Made by a program: the position numbers and the translations under genes. A DNA stretch of 64,000 bases from contig CAVZQN010000004.1 in the NCBI GenBank assembly GCA_963777505.1, positions 1,024,001 through 1,088,000 on the forward strand, in the 5' to 3' direction. The stretch is from an uncultured bacterium (GTDB lineage Bacteria > Acidobacteriota > HRBIN11 > JAKEFK01). Below are positions 58,510 through 64,000 of this stretch, piece by piece (the first letter of the stretch is position 1; every line of letters begins with the position of its first letter). The notes beneath the pieces are model-generated. The model saw nothing but the letters and a program-made list of their open reading frames with translations, searched no databases and was not told where the DNA came from.

Positions 58510-59402
58510 AGCGATCGAATCTACTTGAAGCAATACAAACACGCGTTCTGCTGAGTGATGGAGCAATGGGTACACAGCTTCAGTATGCCGGACTTGAATC
58601 CGGTGGTTGCGGTGAAGCATGGAACCTGGATCATCCCGAACGTATTTTGAAAATTCAACGAGCCTACGTTGAAGCAGGGTCTGATTGTTTACTTACAAAT
58701 ACTTTTGGCGCCTGTCGAATCATGTTGAACCGTCATGATGAAGGAGAACGAACGGTTGAGATTAATCGTGCCGCTGTGGCAATTGCGCGTGAAGCACTGG
58801 GCGAAAACGGTTTTGTGCTTGGCGATATCGGCCCATTTGGTGGTTTGATGGAACCGTATGGGGAAATTCAACGCGCGGATGTAGAGTCCGCTTTTCGTGA
58901 ACAAGCCAAAGCACTGATTGATGGTGGAGCGGATGCAATCATCATTGAAACACAAACTGCACTTGAAGAACTTGAAATCGCTATTGAAGCAGCCAAAGAA
59001 GCCGGCGCGCCGTGCATCATAGGATCAGTCGCGTTCGATCGAATGCTGGATGAAGATGATGTCCGCACCATGATGGGAATTAGTCCTGAACAGGCAGCAC
59101 AATTTATGGCTGAGCACGGATGTCACATTGCTGCGCTCAATTGTGGAACAGGTGTTGATATGCGTGTGGCTGCGAATATTGTAGAAAGATATCGTAAGAC
59201 CGGCGGCCTACCAGTGATGGCGCAGCCGAATGCAGGGCAGCCTGTCTTAATCAATATGAAGGTGCTATACAATGAAACGCCTGAAGAAATGGCAGCTGGA
59301 CTTCCTGGAGTGCTTGCTGCTGGCGCACGAATTGTAGGCGGTTGCTGCGGAAGTACGCCAGATCACATCCGCCTTTTTAGAAAAATAATGAATAATGCGT
59401 AA
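58506..59402 (+). CDS. Homocysteine S-methyltransferase domain protein
   Basis: DGAMGTQL, YVEAGSD.LLTNTFG, GADAIIIET, LNC, QPNAG.P, GGCCGSTPDHI (zinc-binding cysteines). Confidence 0.93.
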   Translation: MKRSNLLEAIQTRVLLSDGAMGTQLQYAGLESGGCGEAWNLDHPERILKIQRAYVEAGSDCLLTNTFGACRIMLNRHDEGERTVEINRAAVAIAREALGENGFVLGDIGPFGGLMEPYGEIQRADVESAFREQAKALIDGGADAIIIETQTALEELEIAIEAAKEAGAPCIIGSVAFDRMLDEDDVRTMMGISPEQAAQFMAEHGCHIAALNCGTGVDMRVAANIVERYRKTGGLPVMAQPNAGQPVLINMKVLYNETPEEMAAGLPGVLAAGARIVGGCCGSTPDHIRLFRKIMNNA

Positions 59403-59455
59403 TACGTAATTAGCTCTCAGCTATCAACGTAATTACGAATTACAGATTACGGAAT
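59402..59455. repeat. Degenerate heptamer-period repeat (ATTACGA-like)
   Basis: ...ACGTAATTACGAATTACAGATTACGGA in the intergenic gap. Confidence 0.4.
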
Positions 59456-59461
59456 AGAAAA

Positions 59462-59794
59462 ATGAGAGTTACGATACCTGTAGACCAAGCACTTGCTGAT
59501 TCACATCTTCCTGAAAACAAGGCTGATGGCTCCGGTGTGGGAGTGAATTATGCCGATCAAATCTTAAAGCCTTTTAAGATGACTCTTGAAGATGGTCGTA
59601 AAATGATGGCCAAACGGAAAGGTTTAAAGATTACGATCACGATCGGCGACAAGCAGGGTGAAGCGATCTTGCGCCGGCTGGATCATGGTCCTGAAGTAAA
59701 GGAAATGTTCAAAAAAGCGCTCGAGGAAGCTGCTAGAAATGTCGGCGCATCAGTTACTTTTGAAACCGGGGCTATCCATCTGGATTATGATTAA
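59462..59794 (+). CDS. Hypothetical protein, 110 aa
   Basis: Clean ORF with typical composition, directly downstream of the corrinoid operon; no motif recognised. Confidence 0.7.
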   Translation: MRVTIPVDQALADSHLPENKADGSGVGVNYADQILKPFKMTLEDGRKMMAKRKGLKITITIGDKQGEAILRRLDHGPEVKEMFKKALEEAARNVGASVTFETGAIHLDYD

Positions 59795-59800
59795 TTTGTG

Positions 59801-59848
59801 GTAGGGCGACATCGTCGTCGGTCGACTGGCCACAAAAGCGTTCCCTAC
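59801..59848. repeat. Degenerate GTAG-family REP element
   Basis: GTAGGG ... CCCTAC termini with an internal imperfect palindrome. Confidence 0.45.
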
Positions 59849-59919
59849 GATGCCTCTTGAAGCATCGAGGGAGCACTGTTATCATCATCGATACAGTCCC
59901 AGGCATTTTTGGGGGGAAA

Positions 59920-62900
59920 ATGAAGAATACCCCTGGTTATTCAGGGCGTAAGACTCTGCATTATGAAGAGGTAGAGAGGCAAAAGGGGAACGAAAACGAA
60001 TATCAGGCTCTATTTGAGATTAATCCGAATCCAACCTGGATATTTGATCTTGCCACTTTAGCCTTTGTCGCAGCAAACGACGCTGCCCTCGCTTTATTCG
60101 GCATTCAAAGAAGTGATTTTCTTAGTCTGAATCTGAAAGATTTATTGACTGAGGAAGAAATTTCGAAATTTTCAAGCAACGAAGAACCTGCGTTGTGGCC
60201 GCATAAAAAACAGAATGGCGAAGTAATCGAAATTTCTGTACATTGCCGTTCCATCGCTTTTCAAGGAAATCCCGCACGCATGGTGGTTGCCTCCCCGAAC
60301 GTAAAATCAAAAAATCCTGATGTCTTTCATCAGGAAATGCGGCTCTTGATGGAACAGTTGCCGCAGATCCTTTGGACAACAGATAGCGATTTGCGTTTTA
60401 CATCAACAACAGGTGCAGGTCTTGCGGGTTTACATTTAAAACCGAATCAATTGGTCGGAAAAACTCTTTTTGAATATTTCAACACAGATGATCGTGATTT
60501 TGAGCCAATCCTTGCACATCGAAGAGCATTAATCGGCGAATCGACTTCCTTTATTACAGAGTGGCAAGGACGCACATTCCAATCTCATGTTGAGCCTTTG
60601 ATGGATCCCGGCGGAAATATCACCGGCACAATGGGTGTCGCTCTTGATATTACTGAACACAAACTGGTCGAAAAGAAACTCAGGGAAGCTGAAGCAAAGC
60701 TGCGGAATATTGTTGAACGAATTCCAGCAATTACATACATCGCAGAATTTGGCAGCTCAGGAAAATGGACTTATGTGAGCCCGCAAATTGAAAAAATTTT
60801 GGGCTTTACTCAGTCAGAATGGACCAATGACTCAAAGTTCTGGATCAATCATGTTTTTTTTGCAGATAGAGAGCGAGTTATAGAAGTAGAAAAGAACTGT
60901 CTTAAAACTGGCGACCCATTTCACTGTGAATACAGGGTCACAGACAAGAACGGACAGATTGTTTGGCTTGGAGATGATGCAGTTGTTGAACGCGGTCCCT
61001 CAGGTGGGCCAGCATTTTTGCATGGCGTGTTGTATGACATTTCAGACCGCAAACGCGCAGAAGATGCCGTACGTGAAAGCGAACTCCGTCTACGGATGAT
61101 TCTTGACACTGCGCTTGATGCAGTCGTTACTATCGATGCAACGGGAATTATCAACGGTTGGAACAAACAAGCTGAATCTTTATTTGGATGGAAGCGGGAT
61201 GAAGCAATCGGAAGGCAATTAACTCAAACCATTATTCCAAAACGCTACCGTGAAGCTCACCGCGCGGGACTTCAACGCTATATTGAAACCGGAAAATCTA
61301 CCATTATCGGTCAACGTGTAGAAGTTTCAGCACTTCATCGGAATGGTCATGAAATCATGGTTGAACTGAGTATTTCACCGATGAAGTCGGACAAGAGTAT
61401 CGCTTTCAGCGCCTTCCTGCGTGATATTACAGAAAACAAAAAATCACAAACGCAGCAAGCCGCTTTGTATCAAATCGCGGAGAGAGCAAATCTTGCTGAA
61501 GATCTTCAGGAATTTTATCGAGCCATCCACAATATTGTTGGAGAGCTGATACAAACAAAGAATTTTTACATTGCACTTCTTGATAGCGACTCAGAGATGC
61601 TCACATTCCCATACTTCGTAGATGAAATAGATCCTGTGCCTGATCCGCGCCCGCTGGGAAAAGGATTGACAGAGTATGTTCTTCGAACCGGTCAGACTTC
61701 TCTCATTTCGCCTGCAACATTTGAGGAACTTATTAAAGCTGGCGAAGTTGAATCGGTTGGAACGGCTTCCGTTGATTGGCTTGGTGTGCCTTTAAAAGCA
61801 GGTGAGAAAACGTTCGGTGTGCTGGTTGTCCAAAGTTATACCTCAGGTAGAAGATTTGGAGAGAAGGAGAAAGAGGTACTTACGTTTGTTTCACAACACA
61901 TTGCGAGCACGCTTGAGCGGAAACGTTCGGAAGAAACAATCCGTCATCAGGCCTATCATGATGCTCTTACAAAATTGCCAAATCGGGTCTTATTCAGAGA
62001 TCGAATGACGCAGGCGCTTGCGCATGCGAGACGTAGAAAAGAAATGGCAGCTATGCTTTTTCTCGATCTGGATCGCTTTAAGATCATCAACGATACATTG
62101 GGCCATGCTGTCGGAGATAAGTTGTTGCAAGGAGTGGCTTACCGTTTGCGCGAGTGTCTACGCAAAGAGGACACAGTCGCACGTCTGGGTGGAGATGAAT
62201 TCATGCTTCTACTCGGCGGTGTGAATCAAGTTGAAGATGCAGCAAGAATTGCGGAAAAAGTTTTGAATGCAATCAGGCCGCCATTTCAAATCGATTCACA
62301 TGAGCTGTACATCAATACAAGTATTGGAATCAGTTTGTATCCACACGATGGTGAGGATGCAGAAACTCTCGTAAAGAACGCCGACATCGCTCTGTACAGA
62401 GCAAAAGAAAAAGGCCGCGATACATATCAATTCTATGCGGCTACGATGAACGAAAAAGCATACGAACAGTTGGAACTTGAAAATAAATTACGCAGAGCAC
62501 TTGAGCGAAATGAATTTGTACTGCACTACCAACCTCAGTTCGATATGCACATGGGAAAAATTATCGGAATGGAAGCTTTGATCCGATGGCAACAGCCAGA
62601 TGGACAGCTTCTTTATCCAATCGATTTTATTGCAATCGCTGAAGATACAGGGATGATTGTTCAGATCGGCGAATGGGTTCTCAAAACTGCATGCGCACAA
62701 AACAAACTCTGGCAGACTTCCGATTTTCTGCCTCTACGTGTTGCTGTAAATCTTTCCGGGCGTCAATTTCACGAAAGCCTGGTTCCTACAATAGCCGACG
62801 TTCTGAAAAGGACAGGACTTGAGCCGCAATTTTTGGAGCTTGAGCTGACAGAAACATCAATCATGAAAAATGACGAGATTGCGGTCAAAATTCTGACTGA

Positions 62901-63276
62901 ACTGAAATCGATGGGAATTCAAATTTGTATCGATGATTTTGGAACAGGCTATTCTTCCTTAAGTTATCTAAAGCGGTTCCCGATCGATACATTAAAAATC
63001 GACCGCAGTTTTATCCGTGAAAGTATGCGTGATGCCGATCATGCAGCGATTGTTGTAGCCATTATTACTATGGCCCATACCTTAAAATTGAAAGTTGTCG
63101 CTGAAGGTGTTGAATCCCCCGAGCAATGGGCTTTTTTGCGCGATCATAATTGCGACAAAATGCAGGGAAATCTTTTCAGCAACCCGCTTCCGGTCGACGC
63201 CTTTACGAGGCTGATTACTGAATTCCGTCAGTTCAAACCGGAAGAAGATGACTTCGAAAGCATCGAAGATTCTTAA
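59920..63276 (+). CDS. Multi-PAS/GAF diguanylate cyclase-phosphodiesterase (GGDEF-EAL)
   Basis: Four PAS-like domains, GAF (DWLGVPLK), HDALTKLPNR, RKEDTVARLGGDEF, EALIRW, DDFGTGYSSL. Confidence 0.93.
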   Translation: MKNTPGYSGRKTLHYEEVERQKGNENEYQALFEINPNPTWIFDLATLAFVAANDAALALFGIQRSDFLSLNLKDLLTEEEISKFSSNEEPALWPHKKQNGEVIEISVHCRSIAFQGNPARMVVASPNVKSKNPDVFHQEMRLLMEQLPQILWTTDSDLRFTSTTGAGLAGLHLKPNQLVGKTLFEYFNTDDRDFEPILAHRRALIGESTSFITEWQGRTFQSHVEPLMDPGGNITGTMGVALDITEHKLVEKKLREAEAKLRNIVERIPAITYIAEFGSSGKWTYVSPQIEKILGFTQSEWTNDSKFWINHVFFADRERVIEVEKNCLKTGDPFHCEYRVTDKNGQIVWLGDDAVVERGPSGGPAFLHGVLYDISDRKRAEDAVRESELRLRMILDTALDAVVTIDATGIINGWNKQAESLFGWKRDEAIGRQLTQTIIPKRYREAHRAGLQRYIETGKSTIIGQRVEVSALHRNGHEIMVELSISPMKSDKSIAFSAFLRDITENKKSQTQQAALYQIAERANLAEDLQEFYRAIHNIVGELIQTKNFYIALLDSDSEMLTFPYFVDEIDPVPDPRPLGKGLTEYVLRTGQTSLISPATFEELIKAGEVESVGTASVDWLGVPLKAGEKTFGVLVVQSYTSGRRFGEKEKEVLTFVSQHIASTLERKRSEETIRHQAYHDALTKLPNRVLFRDRMTQALAHARRRKEMAAMLFLDLDRFKIINDTLGHAVGDKLLQGVAYRLRECLRKEDTVARLGGDEFMLLLGGVNQVEDAARIAEKVLNAIRPPFQIDSHELYINTSIGISLYPHDGEDAETLVKNADIALYRAKEKGRDTYQFYAATMNEKAYEQLELENKLRRALERNEFVLHYQPQFDMHMGKIIGMEALIRWQQPDGQLLYPIDFIAIAEDTGMIVQIGEWVLKTACAQNKLWQTSDFLPLRVAVNLSGRQFHESLVPTIADVLKRTGLEPQFLELELTETSIMKNDEIAVKILTELKSMGIQICIDDFGTGYSSLSYLKRFPIDTLKIDRSFIRESMRDADHAAIVVAIITMAHTLKLKVVAEGVESPEQWAFLRDHNCDKMQGNLFSNPLPVDAFTRLITEFRQFKPEEDDFESIEDS

Positions 63277-63373
63277 ACGTAATACTATAGTTATAGTATT
63301 ACAACCTTCCCCGCAGCCGTAATCTTTTTATCCCTTTAGAACGTCTAAGCGTATCAAAAGGGGGTTTAATTCA

Positions 63374-64000
63374 ATGAAGATGTTGATCCTTTTCCTGCTT
63401 TTGACTTGTTCTCAATTCCTATCGGCCCAAACCGAAGATTGGACTGTTGAGACACATGAATCCGCAGGGTTATCTTCCGAAAAACTGAAAAGCATGGAAG
63501 AAGCAATTCAGAAAAACGATTTCAAAAAAATAACAAGTATTCTCATTGCCCGCCGGGGAAAACTTGTTTATGAAAAGTACTTTGGAGACTTCACAAAGAC
63601 GAGTCTCATGGATACTCGATCCTGCACTAAAACAATAACCTCAATTCTCACAGGCATCGCAATTGAACAAAACAAGGTAAGTTTGAATTCTCCCATCATG
63701 AAGTTTTTTCCTGATAGAAAGGCGGCGAATGCTGATCCGCGCAAAGAAAAAATCACAGTGGAAGATTTCTTAACAATGAGTTCGATCCTTGAGTGTGACG
63801 ATTGGAATGAATACAGCCGTGGAAATGAAGAACGGATGTATCTGATTGAAGATTGGATCCAATTTACGTTGGATTTGCCGGTAAAAGGCTTTCCTTCATG
63901 GGCGGACAAACCTGCAGATGCGCCTTATGGCCGCAGTTTCAGTTACTGTACGGCAGGCGTTACAACTCTGGGTGGTGTACTTGAAACAGCCACAAAAATA
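63374..64000 (+). CDS. Exported serine hydrolase, beta-lactamase class C-like family (3' end outside the window)
   Basis: Manual translation MKMLILFLLL...SILIARRGKLVYEKYF...RSCTKTITS (SxxK)...ITVEDFLTMSS...FSYCT; open to the window end. Confidence 0.85.
   Translation, partial: MKMLILFLLLTCSQFLSAQTEDWTVETHESAGLSSEKLKSMEEAIQKNDFKKITSILIARRGKLVYEKYFGDFTKTSLMDTRSCTKTITSILTGIAIEQNKVSLNSPIMKFFPDRKAANADPRKEKITVEDFLTMSSILECDDWNEYSRGNEERMYLIEDWIQFTLDLPVKGFPSWADKPADAPYGRSFSYCTAGVTTLGGVLETATKI

Noticed and set aside
63568-63909. 113-aa minus-strand ORF
   Set aside because: Antisense to the serine hydrolase that runs off the window end.

Overview
A gene-dense bacterial chromosomal segment, most likely from an Acidobacteriota member. 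That assignment is an inference from the duplicated orphan ABC permease, three VWFA-related exported proteins, Oar-type TonB-dependent receptors and CRTAC1/ASPIC-UnbV proteins. I see no rRNA, tRNA, CRISPR array or transposase. The left half holds a partial fused E1-like/YcaO RiPP cyclodehydratase, stress genes, a degenerate hicA-hicB pair, peptidases, transporters, signalling proteins and an Lhr helicase. The right half holds a ~19 kb envelope locus: two paralogous TonB-dependent receptors, two sulfatase-like/TPR proteins with a TLPSH motif instead of C/SxPxR, a TPR protein and two FG-GAP/ASPIC proteins. It also holds a five-gene corrinoid operon (non-Pyl MttB, corrinoid protein, RACo/RamA-like activator, MetH activation domain, homocysteine S-methyltransferase) with no folate-binding module. 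The strongest non-coding signal is one palindrome, GTTTCACA-W-TGTGAAAC, found upstream of both receptor genes and of the methyltransferase operon. It suggests an undescribed regulon coupling outer-membrane uptake and ester hydrolysis to B12-dependent methyl scavenging into methionine. Other notable signals are an identical 17-nt element in both receptor leaders, a pair of 42-nt inverted hairpins with compensatory stem changes, and several dispersed repeat families. At least six genes are broken by small indels, probably sequencing or assembly errors.
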